DNA of 27,103 bases from a bacterium (GTDB lineage: Bacteria > Desulfobacterota > DSWW01): the NCBI GenBank assembly GCA_040756235.1, contig JBFLZG010000057.1, positions 1 to 27,103 on the forward strand, given 5' to 3'. A model generated the notes under the pieces. That model worked only from the letters and a program-made list of their open reading frames with translations, searched no databases and was not told where the DNA came from. Shown here one piece after another: positions 16,467 to 26,029 of this stretch; the first letter of the stretch is position 1, and every line of letters begins with the position of its first letter. Position numbers and translations under genes: made by a program.

Positions 16467-18332
16467 TCAGGAAGTGCCGGACAGAGCCGGCATATTCGCA
16501 TCTTTCAATGATTGAATGAGCAGAATTCTCGTCTGCGGACCGAGTATGCCATCCTCCTCGAGATCGTGTTCCGCCTGAAAAGCACGCAGGGCGTGAGCGG
16601 TCGCGAGGTCGAAGACACCGGTGGGCTTTGCGTCCAGGTACCCGAGTCTCTTCAGGCAGGCCTGCAGCCAGGCCACGGAATGGCCTTCCATCCCCTCCAT
16701 GAGGTACATCTCGCCGCTCACTTCGTCTTTCCAGAAGACGTAGGCGTTTCCGAACCAGTGCTTCTCCAGCAGCCCGGCCGGGATCTGGTCGGAGCCGTCT
16801 TCCAGGGCCGGAGCGATCCGTGCCGTGGATTCCGCGAGACCGAGCAGGGCCAAGAAGCGTCTCCCCGGAGATCCCCCCACTCTTATCTCCAGGATCATCG
16901 GCACGTTGAGCGCGCGGATGCGGCTCAGATTACCCTGGAACCGGGCGCAGTGGAGCCCCACGGTCCTGGCAGCCTCATAGATATCCAGCGCGAGGACCTT
17001 CTGCCCTGCCGACACGGAGTCCGGCAGCAGATTCCACCGGGCCAGGATCGCGGCCAGCGCCTCCCTCCGGCTGGCCAGAACGTCCTTCTCCCTCAGCGAT
17101 CGTATCCACGATTCCTCCAACTGCCCGTCAGCCTCCGGCCCGGGCGCCTCGGCCGGCAACGCCACCGAGCCCGAGGCCGCCGGCGTCCCGCCTGTCCCGG
17201 CGCTCTCCAGCGCTTCCTGTAATACGGGCGCGACCATGGCGTCGGCCTTCCCCTCCTCCTCTCCGTCCGGAGGGAAGCTCGCTGCATCGGCGGCAGGCGG
17301 CGGGTCCGAGATGACGGTCGGCTCCGGGGTGACCGCAAGATCTTCTACTGCGGCTCCCAGCTCGAGCCCGGGTTCGAGAGACAGCGGCAGTGAGCCCCGC
17401 AAGGCCGTGCCGGAGGTGAACAGGTGGACTCCGTAGCCGACCAACAGGAGGAACGCTGCCAGCAGCGCGCCGGGGAGCAGTCCGCGCCTCAGAAAACGCG
17501 CGAACGGATGCGCACGGCCCGAGGTCAGGCTGAGCGACACTTCCCGGTTGGCCCGGTCCACGATGGCCACATCGATTTCTCTCTTGCCCAGGGTGTAGCC
17601 GGCAAGCAGACAGCGGTCGCACAAGACGTTGATGAGGCGGGGGATGCCGCCGGTGTAACGGTAGATCTTGTTCAGAGCCTGAGGGGTGAAAGCGATCTTG
17701 TCTTCGGCTCCGACGACCGAGAGGCGGTGCCGGACGTAGGCGGACGTCTCCTCCCTGGACAAGGGCTGCAGGTGGTATCTGACCGTGACGCGTTGATTGA
17801 GCTGATGGAGCCGCGGCTGGGCCAGGATCGTGCGGAACTCCGGCTGCCCGATGAGGATGATCTGCAGGAGCTTCTCGGTGTCGGTCTCGAGGTTCGAAAG
17901 CAAGCGGATGTGCTCGAGCACCTCCAGATCGAGGTTCTGGCACTCGTCGATGATCAGGACCGTGTTCTTGCCTTCCTGGCGCTTTTGCAGCAGGAACCGG
18001 TTGAGCTCATCGATCAGGTCTTTTCTCGTGCCGCCCTGGGAGGAGATCCCGAAATCCTCGTTGATGCTCTTGAGGAGCTCGATGGCCAAAAGGGTCGGGT
18101 TGAAGATGAAGGCCACGAGGGTATCCGGATCCAGATGGGCGAGCAGCGCCCTGCAGAGCGTGGTCTTGCCGGTGCCGATCTCCCCCGTGATCGCGATGAA
18201 CCCGCCCCGCTCGCGGATGCCGTACACCAGGTGGGCAAAGGCCTCCTTGTGCGTGGCCCCGAGATAGAGGAACTTGGGGTCCGGCGTGATCGAGAAAGGC
18301 TTTTCCTGAATACCGTAGAAAGAGCAATACAT
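16467..18332 (-). CDS. exeA: ExeA/GspA family AAA ATPase with TM segment and C-terminal peptidoglycan-binding domain
   Basis: MYCSFYGIQEKPFSITPDPKFLY, Walker A GEIGTGKT, Walker B LIIDECQ, LIGQPE, GIPRLINVLCD; PG-binding LRAFQAEHDLEEDGILGPQT. Confidence 0.92.
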   Translation of the reverse strand: MYCSFYGIQEKPFSITPDPKFLYLGATHKEAFAHLVYGIRERGGFIAITGEIGTGKTTLCRALLAHLDPDTLVAFIFNPTLLAIELLKSINEDFGISSQGGTRKDLIDELNRFLLQKRQEGKNTVLIIDECQNLDLEVLEHIRLLSNLETDTEKLLQIILIGQPEFRTILAQPRLHQLNQRVTVRYHLQPLSREETSAYVRHRLSVVGAEDKIAFTPQALNKIYRYTGGIPRLINVLCDRCLLAGYTLGKREIDVAIVDRANREVSLSLTSGRAHPFARFLRRGLLPGALLAAFLLLVGYGVHLFTSGTALRGSLPLSLEPGLELGAAVEDLAVTPEPTVISDPPPAADAASFPPDGEEEGKADAMVAPVLQEALESAGTGGTPAASGSVALPAEAPGPEADGQLEESWIRSLREKDVLASRREALAAILARWNLLPDSVSAGQKVLALDIYEAARTVGLHCARFQGNLSRIRALNVPMILEIRVGGSPGRRFLALLGLAESTARIAPALEDGSDQIPAGLLEKHWFGNAYVFWKDEVSGEMYLMEGMEGHSVAWLQACLKRLGYLDAKPTGVFDLATAHALRAFQAEHDLEEDGILGPQTRILLIQSLKDANMPALSGTS

Positions 18333-18402
18333 CCGCTGAACCTCGCGCCCGTGGAAATGCCCATTCATACTAATGAAAAGGGCCGGCCGAGATCAAGAAG
18401 GA

Positions 18403-18442
18403 GGCGGCGTGCGGCGTCGCGGGCCCGGCGCCGCACGCCGCC
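18403..18442. repeat. Perfect 14-bp GC-rich inverted repeat in the exeA/parA divergent region
   Basis: GGCGGCGTGCGGCG-N12-CGCCGCACGCCGCC. Confidence 0.7.
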
Positions 18443-18472
18443 GGTGGTGCAGAACCCGGCGGGGGGCGCCAA

Positions 18473-18502
18473 TTGACGAACTCGGACCGGCCCGGGTATG
18501 CT
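18473..18502 (+). promoter_or_regulatory. Putative sigma70 promoter for parA-like gene
   Basis: TTGACG-N18-TATGCT, 44 nt upstream of ATG 18547. Confidence 0.5.
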
Positions 18503-18546
18503 TCTGACTCGAGGGGAACGGCATACGGCCACGAGAGGACGCGCCC

Positions 18547-19422
18547 ATGGTGGGAGAAGGGCTGGCCTCGAGAATCCGCAAGATCCTGGCTCCCGAGCAG
18601 AAGCTGCCTTCCGGAGGGAAGAAGGCTTACGTGATCGCCGTCTCCAACCAGAAAGGCGGCGTGGGGAAGACCACCACCACGGTGAACCTGGGCGCCGGTC
18701 TGGCGCGGTTCCACGAGAAGAGGGTCCTCATCATCGACCTCGACGCGCAGGGCCACGTCAGCATCAGTCTGCAGAGACCGTTCGCCGAGCGGGAGGCCGG
18801 TTTGAGCAACGTGTTGTCCGCCCGCGACGGCTCCCTCATGGACGCCATCGCACCGACCGGCCTGGAAAACCTGGACATCACCCTTTCAGACCCCGCTCTC
18901 ATCGAGACCGAGGGTCAGCTTGCCGCCAGGATCGGCAGGGAGTTCGTCCTGGAGCGGGCACTCGGCCGGGCGAAGACCTACTATGATTTCATCCTGATCG
19001 ACTGCCCTCCCGGCCTGGGCAATCTCACGGTGAACGCCTTCGTGGCCGCCGACCACATCCTCATCCCTTGCGAGCTTTCGGCTTTGGCCCTCGAGGGGAT
19101 GGAGGGCCTCCTGGATGCGATCGATACCGTGCAGTACCGGCTCAACCACCCCGTACAGATCCTGGGCATCCTGCCGACCCGCGTGGACCTCAGGAACGTC
19201 ACGATGAACGAAGCGGCCTTCGACCGGCTGCGGGAGTTCTTCGGAGAAAAGGTCTTCCGCACCCACATCACCGTGAACACCGACCTGAACAAGGCTCAGC
19301 TCGCGGGGAAGTCGATCTTCGAGTTCGCTCCGGGCTCCACCGGCGCCCGGAACTATCGCGCACTGTCCGAGGAGGTCCTGGCGCGGGTTCAGCCCGCCCT
19401 TTCGGACCTCGCTCCCACCTGA
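18547..19422 (+). CDS. parA: ParA/Soj family ATPase (orphan)
   Basis: Deviant Walker A NQKGGVGKTT, IDLDAQG, YDFILIDCPPGLG, GARNYRALSEEV; no parB adjacent. Confidence 0.9.
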   Translation: MVGEGLASRIRKILAPEQKLPSGGKKAYVIAVSNQKGGVGKTTTTVNLGAGLARFHEKRVLIIDLDAQGHVSISLQRPFAEREAGLSNVLSARDGSLMDAIAPTGLENLDITLSDPALIETEGQLAARIGREFVLERALGRAKTYYDFILIDCPPGLGNLTVNAFVAADHILIPCELSALALEGMEGLLDAIDTVQYRLNHPVQILGILPTRVDLRNVTMNEAAFDRLREFFGEKVFRTHITVNTDLNKAQLAGKSIFEFAPGSTGARNYRALSEEVLARVQPALSDLAPT

Positions 19423-19445
19423 GAGGGTGTCGAAAAACACCCTCT
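19422..19445. terminator. Hairpin after parA (terminator or collapsed IS-end remnant)
   Basis: AGAGGGTGT-CGAAAA-ACACCCTCT, perfect 9-bp stem overlapping the TGA; no U-tract. Confidence 0.45.
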
Positions 19446-19449
19446 TGAG

Positions 19450-19606
19450 AGGCTGGTGAGAAATGCCCAGATGCAAGGCGCGCGAGATCCTGAGGAATGA
19501 GGCGTAACCGGGAGGCACGGTGGACCCCGGCCTTCGCCGAGGCAGGCTCCCCCCAGCCTCCATTCCCGTGAGCGCAACGCCGCAGATGGGCGTTTATCGA
19601 AAGCTT
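19450..19606. mobile_element. MITE-like repeat, copy 2 (different core)
   Basis: Left arm AAATGCCCAGATGCAAGGCGCGCGAGATCCTGAGGAATGAGGCGTA and right arm GAGCGCAACGCCGCAGATGGGCGTTT match copy 1 (1-123); the central segment is replaced. Confidence 0.85.
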
Positions 19607-19621
19607 CTGAGAAGGGCAATC

Positions 19622-20719
19622 ATGGCTGGCAACACCCTGGGGGTCGCCTTCCGCATCACCACGTGGGGAGAGTCCCACGGCCCGTCGATCGGCGTGGTCG
19701 TGGACGGCTGCCCACCGGGCATCCCCCTGGAGAAGGAGTGGATCCAGAAAGAGCTCGATCGGCGCAGACCGGGGCAGAGTCCGATCACGACCGCCCGGGT
19801 CGAAGCAGACGAAGTCCAGATCCTCTCCGGCGTGTTCGAAGGCAAGACGCTGGGCACCCCCATCTGCCTGCTCATCCCCAACCAGGGACAACATTCGCAT
19901 CGGTACGACGCTCTGCGCGAAGTCTTTCGGCCCGGCCACGCGGAAGCGACCTACTGGATGAAATACGGCCTCTACGACCATCGGGGGGGAGGCCGGGCAT
20001 CGGCCAGGGAAACCGCCGCCCGGGTGGCGGCCGGCGCAGTGGCCAAGCGGATCCTGGCCGGCGAGGAAATCGAAGTCTACGGGTACACGCGCAAGGTGGG
20101 CTCCATCGAGGCGGACCGGATCGACCGCTCGGAGATCGAGCGCAATCCGGTACGCTGCCCGGATCCCCTCCGGGCGCGCGCAATGGAAGCCCTGATCGTC
20201 CGCGTCCGGGAACAGGGGGATTCGATCGGGGGGGTCGTGGAAGTCGTTGCGGCCGGCGTGCCGGCCGGGCTGGGAGAGCCGGTTTACGACAAGATGGACG
20301 CGGACCTGGCCAAGGCCATGATGAGCATCAATGCCGTCAAGGGCGTCGAGATCGGGACCGGATTCGGGGCCGCCGAGAGGAAGGGGTCGGAGAACAACGA
20401 CCCCTGGATCTTTGAGGGCGGGCGGATCCGCACCCTGACGAACCACTGCGGCGGCATCCTGGGAGGCATCACGACCGGAGGAGATCTGGTCGTCCGGATC
20501 GCGGTCAAGCCCCCCTCGACGATTGCCCTTGCCCAGCAGACCATCGACCGCAACGGAAAGACGGTGCCCTTTTCACCGGGCGATTCCGAGTCGGCCCGCC
20601 GCCACGATCCCTGCATCTGCCCCCGGGTCGTGCCGGTCGCGGAGGCGATGATGGCGATCGTGCTCGCCGACCACCTGCTGCGCCAGCGTGCGACCGGCAG
20701 GGCGCGTCCGCCCGGTTGA
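19622..20719 (+). CDS. aroC: Chorismate synthase
   Basis: [57 protein letters not shown]. Confidence 0.97.
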   Translation: MAGNTLGVAFRITTWGESHGPSIGVVVDGCPPGIPLEKEWIQKELDRRRPGQSPITTARVEADEVQILSGVFEGKTLGTPICLLIPNQGQHSHRYDALREVFRPGHAEATYWMKYGLYDHRGGGRASARETAARVAAGAVAKRILAGEEIEVYGYTRKVGSIEADRIDRSEIERNPVRCPDPLRARAMEALIVRVREQGDSIGGVVEVVAAGVPAGLGEPVYDKMDADLAKAMMSINAVKGVEIGTGFGAAERKGSENNDPWIFEGGRIRTLTNHCGGILGGITTGGDLVVRIAVKPPSTIALAQQTIDRNGKTVPFSPGDSESARRHDPCICPRVVPVAEAMMAIVLADHLLRQRATGRARPPG

Positions 20720-20722
20720 CCC

Positions 20723-20856
20723 GGGTTTCGGGAGTCAGGTGTCGGGTGTCAGGCGCCAGCCCTGCCCCTCGCTCCAGCCCTGGTGAACACCATCGACCAG
20801 CCTTTCCTCGGGCGAGCCGGGGTGGGGCGCTGAAACCTGATACCTGACACCTGGAA
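20723..20856. repeat. Inverted heptamer-array element, copy 2
   Basis: Left GGGTTTC GGGAGTC AGGTGTC GGGTGTC AGGCGCC; right GCTGAAA CCTGATA CCTGACA CCTGGAA; about 70 nt spacer. Confidence 0.75.
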
Positions 20857-20972
20857 CTTGCCCCCCCTCGAGCCTTCCCTTTTTCCCCGGCACCTGCTAA
20901 AAGGCAAGACAGCTTCGGAGGCGGGCTCGCCGACGTCTTCCAGGTCCTCAGGTCAAAGAGGTTGTCGTTTCG

Positions 20973-21602
20973 ATGGTGTTAGAAGAGATCCAGACGTTGT
21001 GGCGCCAGCGCCGGAATCGCCAGTACTCGATCCGCTACGTGGCGCGCACCTTCCTCTTCCTGTTCCTCTACGACCTGGTCCGGTTCGTGCCCACGCCGAT
21101 CGGCGAGTTCCTGAGGTACGGCGTGCTCAAGTGCTTCTGCAAGAAGATCGAATCGATCTGGGTCCGGGCCGGGACCCTTTTTTTCCATCCCGAGGGGATC
21201 TCGATCGGAAAGCACGTGTCCATCAACGACAACGTGTTCATCAACGGCTACGGCGAAGTGGACATCGGTGACGACGTGCGGATCGGTTACGGGACCGCCA
21301 TTCTGTCCGAGGACCACACCCTGGAGGACCTCGAAACCCCGATCTGGCGCCAGCCGAAGATCAAAGGCAGGGTGACCATCCACCACAACGTCTGGATCGC
21401 CGCGGGCGTGCGGATCCTCCGGGGCGTGACCATCGGAGAGGGCTCGGTCATCGGGGCCGGATCGGTCGTTACACGATCCTTCCCGCCCTTCGCCATCGTG
21501 GCCGGAAATCCGGCGCGGGTGGTCCGCTACCGCAAGCCGCCGAACCGTTCCGCAGCGGGCGGGCACGCGCAGGACTCCGCGCAGTCGACGCCGTCAACTT
21601 GA
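20973..21602 (+). CDS. Hexapeptide-repeat (left-handed beta-helix) O-acyltransferase
   Basis: ISIGKHVSIN, VDIGDDVRIG, SEDH, VWIAAGVRILRGVTIGEGSVIGAGSVVT, AGNPARVVR. Confidence 0.92.
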   Translation: MVLEEIQTLWRQRRNRQYSIRYVARTFLFLFLYDLVRFVPTPIGEFLRYGVLKCFCKKIESIWVRAGTLFFHPEGISIGKHVSINDNVFINGYGEVDIGDDVRIGYGTAILSEDHTLEDLETPIWRQPKIKGRVTIHHNVWIAAGVRILRGVTIGEGSVIGAGSVVTRSFPPFAIVAGNPARVVRYRKPPNRSAAGGHAQDSAQSTPST

Positions 21603-21635
21603 ACAACGAATCGCCTCCGTACATGAAGGGGCCCC

Positions 21636-24062
21636 ATGGGATATCTTCTCGGAGTCCTCCTTACTTCACTCAGCCTGATCGCGCTCGAGATCGGCATCAC
21701 CCGCATCTTTTCCACCATGATCTGGTATCATCTGTCTTTCCTGGCGATCAGCATCGCCATGCTCGGGTTCAGTCTGGGCGGCATCCTCCTCCTCTTCTTC
21801 CCCTCGATCCTCCGGCAGGAGGGAAGGAGCGCCCTGCCCGCCTTTGCGTTTCTCTTCGCCGCGCTCGTCGCCCTGGGTACGCTCTACATCCTCGGCCAGG
21901 ACCCGCTCATACGGTTCTTCCAGAGCGTTCTCTCCCTTGGCCCCAACAACGCCTCGGTCCTCTACTTCATGGGGATGCTGGTCCTGTTCATCAGCGCCTT
22001 CGTGCTCTCCGGTCTCACCATCTCGACGGCCATCTCCAGGCGGGCGGCGGAGGTCTCCAGGGTCTACTTCGCCAACCTGGCCGGCTCGGGGATCGGGTGC
22101 CTGCTGATCATCTTCCTCCTCTCGCGGCACGGAGCGTTCAAGGCGCTCCTGGTCGTGGTCCTGTTGGCCTCGGTCGCCTCCGTCTGCTTCATCGGCCGCG
22201 GCGCCCGCCGCTGTTCCGCCTGGCTGTACGCGGGGAACGGCGTCCTCGTCGCCTCCGTCCTCCTCCCGCTGCTTCTGGCGAACGACCAGACGCTGTTCGC
22301 GCGCTCCCTGTTCACCCGCAGGGACGTGACCGACGAGAACCGGATCTACAGAAAGTGGAACTCTTTCTCCTGCGTCGACTTTTACCGGCCCGAGAAGGAT
22401 TCCGAGATCTCCTACGACGGAGAGCAGGCGAGCGCGTATTACGAAGGGCTCTGGGGGCTGAGCCGCAGGTACAGGGGAGCGATGCCGGACCCGATCAAGG
22501 TGATCATCGACTCCTGGGCGATCACCTCGATCAACAAGGTCGAGCCGGACACGCTGGACCTGGACATTTACGACTATCTGCCGACGAACCTGGCGTACCA
22601 GGTGAAGACGAGCCCCAAGGTGCTGATCATGGGCGCGGGCGGAGGCATCGACGTGCTTTCAGCCCTTCATTACCGGGCGCGGCAGATCCGGGCAGTGGAA
22701 ATCAACCCCACGATCGTGGAGGCGGTCAAGACGCGCTTTGCAGGATACGCGGGCCACATCTACGACCGCCCCGAGGTGGACATCATCGTGGGGGAAGGCC
22801 GGCACTGCATCAACAAGGACACCGAGACCTACGACCTGATCCAGCTCTCCGGCGTAGACACCCTCTCCGGAGCCCAGGCGAGCTCCTACAGCTTCTCGGA
22901 AAGCTATCTGTACACGCTGGAGGCGTTCGAGGAGTACCTCGGGCACCTCGAGCCGGACGGAATCGTGACCTTCCTGCGGTTCGCTTTCAAGGAGCCGCGG
23001 GAGATGCTCCGGCTATTCACGACGGCGGCGGAGGCCCTGCGCAGGCAGGGCGTCCGCGACGTGGGCCAACACATCGTCGTGGTCCATTCCAATGTTCTCA
23101 TCTTCGCCAACATCATGATCAAGAAGAGCCCCTTCACCCCGGAAGAGGTGGCGAGGATCGAGGAAGTCGTCCGGGACAAGGACTTCCGGTTCATCTACAA
23201 CCCCTATCGGGACGGGGAAAACAAATTTTATGAGTTCCTCGCGTCCGGGGACTGGGCGGACTTTTACGAGCGGTACCCCTACCGCGTCTATCCGGTGACC
23301 GATGACGATCCCTTTTTCTTCAACTACACCAAGCTCGGGTCCATCCTGAAGCCGCCCAAGGAAAAGCTCTACTGGCTCTACTGGGTGGGCCAGACGATCC
23401 TGTTCTACGGCCTGTTCCTGATGCTCCTGCTCGCGGCCGTCTTCATCTTCCTGCCTCTGCTCGTCTATCGCGTGCAGGGTCGGCGGATTGCCGGCCAATA
23501 CCGGTTCCTCCTGTACTTCCTCGGCCTCGGGCTCGCCTTCATGTTCGTCGAGATCCTGCTGATGCAGCGCTTCACCCTTTTCCTGGGGCAGCCGATCTAC
23601 TCGCTCGCCCTGGTCCTGTTCAGCCTCCTGATCTTTGCCGGCCTGGGCAGTTATGCCACCCGCAGGCTTCCGCTCGCCTCGGAAAAGGCCCTGCGGCTGG
23701 TCTTCGGCCTCCTGGCGGGAACCCTGGTGGCAGCCTACCTGCTGACCGGCCCGGTGTTCGCGGCTGCGCTGAAGTACGACATCTGGGTCAGGGTGCTCCT
23801 GTCCGTGGGGCTGCTCGCGCCGCCCAGCTTCTTCCTGGGGTTCCCCTTCCCCATCGCCGTACGGTTGGCCGACCGCAGCTCTCCGCTCATGGTCCCCTGG
23901 GGATGGGCGGCAAACGGGTATGCCTCGGTGGTGGGTTCGTTCCTGAGCGTGGTGCTGGGAATTACGTTCGGGTTCGTGAAGGTCTACTTCCTGGCAATCG
24001 CCCTATACCTGGGGAGCGGCCTCCTCCTGGGGTCCCTCACGCGGAGTCTTTCCAAACCCTGA
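21636..24062 (+). CDS. Polytopic membrane protein with central spermidine-synthase-like SAM-binding domain (fused MFS / class I methyltransferase)
   Basis: About 7 N-terminal and 7 C-terminal hydrophobic segments flank VLIMGAGGGIDV, AVEINP, GEGR, YDLIQL, YLYTLEAF..YLGHL..DG. Confidence 0.85.
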   Translation: MGYLLGVLLTSLSLIALEIGITRIFSTMIWYHLSFLAISIAMLGFSLGGILLLFFPSILRQEGRSALPAFAFLFAALVALGTLYILGQDPLIRFFQSVLSLGPNNASVLYFMGMLVLFISAFVLSGLTISTAISRRAAEVSRVYFANLAGSGIGCLLIIFLLSRHGAFKALLVVVLLASVASVCFIGRGARRCSAWLYAGNGVLVASVLLPLLLANDQTLFARSLFTRRDVTDENRIYRKWNSFSCVDFYRPEKDSEISYDGEQASAYYEGLWGLSRRYRGAMPDPIKVIIDSWAITSINKVEPDTLDLDIYDYLPTNLAYQVKTSPKVLIMGAGGGIDVLSALHYRARQIRAVEINPTIVEAVKTRFAGYAGHIYDRPEVDIIVGEGRHCINKDTETYDLIQLSGVDTLSGAQASSYSFSESYLYTLEAFEEYLGHLEPDGIVTFLRFAFKEPREMLRLFTTAAEALRRQGVRDVGQHIVVVHSNVLIFANIMIKKSPFTPEEVARIEEVVRDKDFRFIYNPYRDGENKFYEFLASGDWADFYERYPYRVYPVTDDDPFFFNYTKLGSILKPPKEKLYWLYWVGQTILFYGLFLMLLLAAVFIFLPLLVYRVQGRRIAGQYRFLLYFLGLGLAFMFVEILLMQRFTLFLGQPIYSLALVLFSLLIFAGLGSYATRRLPLASEKALRLVFGLLAGTLVAAYLLTGPVFAAALKYDIWVRVLLSVGLLAPPSFFLGFPFPIAVRLADRSSPLMVPWGWAANGYASVVGSFLSVVLGITFGFVKVYFLAIALYLGSGLLLGSLTRSLSKP

Positions 24063-24072
24063 ATCGCATCCC

Positions 24073-25941
24073 ATGCAGCCCGTGATCTCCGACCGGACCT
24101 TTCTTGAAGCCGCCAAAGACGGCCGCAGGCCCCCCGCCGCTGCGGTCTGGATCCTGCTGGCCGGCATCCTGGCACTGGCCGGATTCCTACGGTTCCACGA
24201 CCTGCGAACGCGCGAGCCCCGCATCTCGGACGAAGCGGACTACCTCATGGAAGCTCAGTGGGTCTCTTCTCTGACCCACGCTCTTCTGGACAGCCTGTCC
24301 CTCTATCGCGAGGAGCGCGCGAGCGGCAGGGATCTCTGGAAGAAGGAAGAACAGCTACAGGCCATCCGCGACGCCCTGGCCGGCCACCCTCCTTACCTGG
24401 GCAGACCGGGCCACGTGCTGCTCATCGCCTTGTCCATGCAGGGGCGCGGGGACCCGATGCTGGCCGGCGCCCGGGTCAGCGCCCTATTCGGGCTGTTGAC
24501 CGTCCCTGTCCTCTTCCTGCTCGCCGGCCGTCTGTATGGCGCCCGCACGGCCCTCCTGGCAGCCCTGCTGCTGGCGCTCTCGGCCTGCCACGTCTGGTAC
24601 AGCCGGACAGGCTTCGCCGAGGCGGATACCACTTTCTTCGTGGTTCTGACGTTCTATCTCTATGTGTTGAGCGCGAGCCGCCGCAGCCTCTCTCTGTTCG
24701 CCGCAACGGGGTTTACCGCCGGGCTGGGCTTCCTCGTACATCACCGCTTCATCTTGTTCCTGGGCGCACTCTGGCTCTTCGAAATCGCCCGTCTCGTCCG
24801 GAGCGGCCCACGCGCAGGGTCGAGGGCGCGTCGCCTCGCCCCCCTGCTTGCCTCGAGCGTGTTCTTCACCTTGCCCCTTCTCGCCCTGGAATCGGTCTAC
24901 CACCTGGCATTCATCGCGCTCCAGGCTCTGGGGAGACCCTTGCCCTGTCCCACCTATTTCTCCCAGCTCCTCATGATCCTGGGATACATCCGGGTCAACA
25001 ACCTCATCCCGTACGCACACTTCTTCACCTGGGACAACTGGCTCACCTATCCCTATCTTTTCCGGTTCTTCGAAGGGCCCCTCTTTTGCGTGCTCCTGGC
25101 AGGCGGGATCGCCGTACTCGCTCTCAGGCGCAGGTGGCAGGAAGGGATGGTGGCTCTGCTCTTCCTGGGCCCGCTCGCGTTCTACAGCCTCCAGAACGCC
25201 GAGGCCCGGTTCATGTGCGCCTCTGTCCCTTTCGCCGCCCTGGCCTGCGCCGTCCTCATGGACAGGGGCCTGGCTTGGTCGGGGCGGAAGGGACTCCGGG
25301 GAAGGCGCGCCGCCTGGCTGCTCGTCGCACTCGTCCTGTGCTTTCAGGGCGGCATCGCCTGGCGCCGAGTCGGGGCTCACGATCGCTTGAGCGCCGCCTA
25401 TCGCTCGACCGCCGAATACCTGCGAGCGAGCGGAAGCCCGAACACGGTGTCGGTCTACCCGCATCCTTTCCGGCTTTACCTCGGTGCGGCGCACGTCGCC
25501 GTTCCTCCCGGATCCGAGGAAGAGCTGCGGCAGCTCTGCGAGCAGGGATTCCGCACCGTCGTGATCGTCGACTTCATGGACTATTACGTCCGGCGGTTCG
25601 AGGCCCCGGAGCTGGAGCAGCGCCTGCCGCGACTCCGGTCGCTCTCTGCCTCGCGCACCGTCATGCAGAAGGTGGACGAGGCCCTGAGCCCGGTATTCGA
25701 GGCACCGTGCGAATTCTGCAGCTCGCCGCTCAACATCTTCGAGATCAATCTGAACTTCCGAAAATCCCTTGCCTTTGTCGCGGAGGGGAGCGAGAATACG
25801 GCAGACAAAATCAGAGTTTACAGCCTGGCGGACTACTTCGCGCAGGCAAGCGCCGGAGCCGCTACGAGCCGCGAGACAAGGGTCGCGGAGGAGAGTCTTC
25901 CGACCGCAGGCGGCCACCGTAAAGATTCTCCCTGCCGATGA
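24073..25941 (+). CDS. GT-C fold glycosyltransferase (PMT/ArnT, GT39/GT83-like)
   Basis: First TM ending LRF followed by acidic ISDEADY; ARVSALFGLLTVP, GRLYG, ALLAALLLALS..HVWYSR; many TMs; soluble C-terminal domain. Confidence 0.85.
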   Translation: MQPVISDRTFLEAAKDGRRPPAAAVWILLAGILALAGFLRFHDLRTREPRISDEADYLMEAQWVSSLTHALLDSLSLYREERASGRDLWKKEEQLQAIRDALAGHPPYLGRPGHVLLIALSMQGRGDPMLAGARVSALFGLLTVPVLFLLAGRLYGARTALLAALLLALSACHVWYSRTGFAEADTTFFVVLTFYLYVLSASRRSLSLFAATGFTAGLGFLVHHRFILFLGALWLFEIARLVRSGPRAGSRARRLAPLLASSVFFTLPLLALESVYHLAFIALQALGRPLPCPTYFSQLLMILGYIRVNNLIPYAHFFTWDNWLTYPYLFRFFEGPLFCVLLAGGIAVLALRRRWQEGMVALLFLGPLAFYSLQNAEARFMCASVPFAALACAVLMDRGLAWSGRKGLRGRRAAWLLVALVLCFQGGIAWRRVGAHDRLSAAYRSTAEYLRASGSPNTVSVYPHPFRLYLGAAHVAVPPGSEEELRQLCEQGFRTVVIVDFMDYYVRRFEAPELEQRLPRLRSLSASRTVMQKVDEALSPVFEAPCEFCSSPLNIFEINLNFRKSLAFVAEGSENTADKIRVYSLADYFAQASAGAATSRETRVAEESLPTAGGHRKDSPCR

Positions 25942-26029
25942 CGATAACCGCATAAGAAGGCTGATTCGAGTGCCCATGGCTTTCCCCTTGCTTCACCCCC
26001 TGTGCGAGAACACCATGGAGTCTGCCAAG

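Noticed and set aside
20723..20856. CRISPR-like interpretation of the short repeats
   Set aside because: Units are 7-nt tandem arrays in inverted orientation, with no repeat-spacer periodicity and no cas genes.
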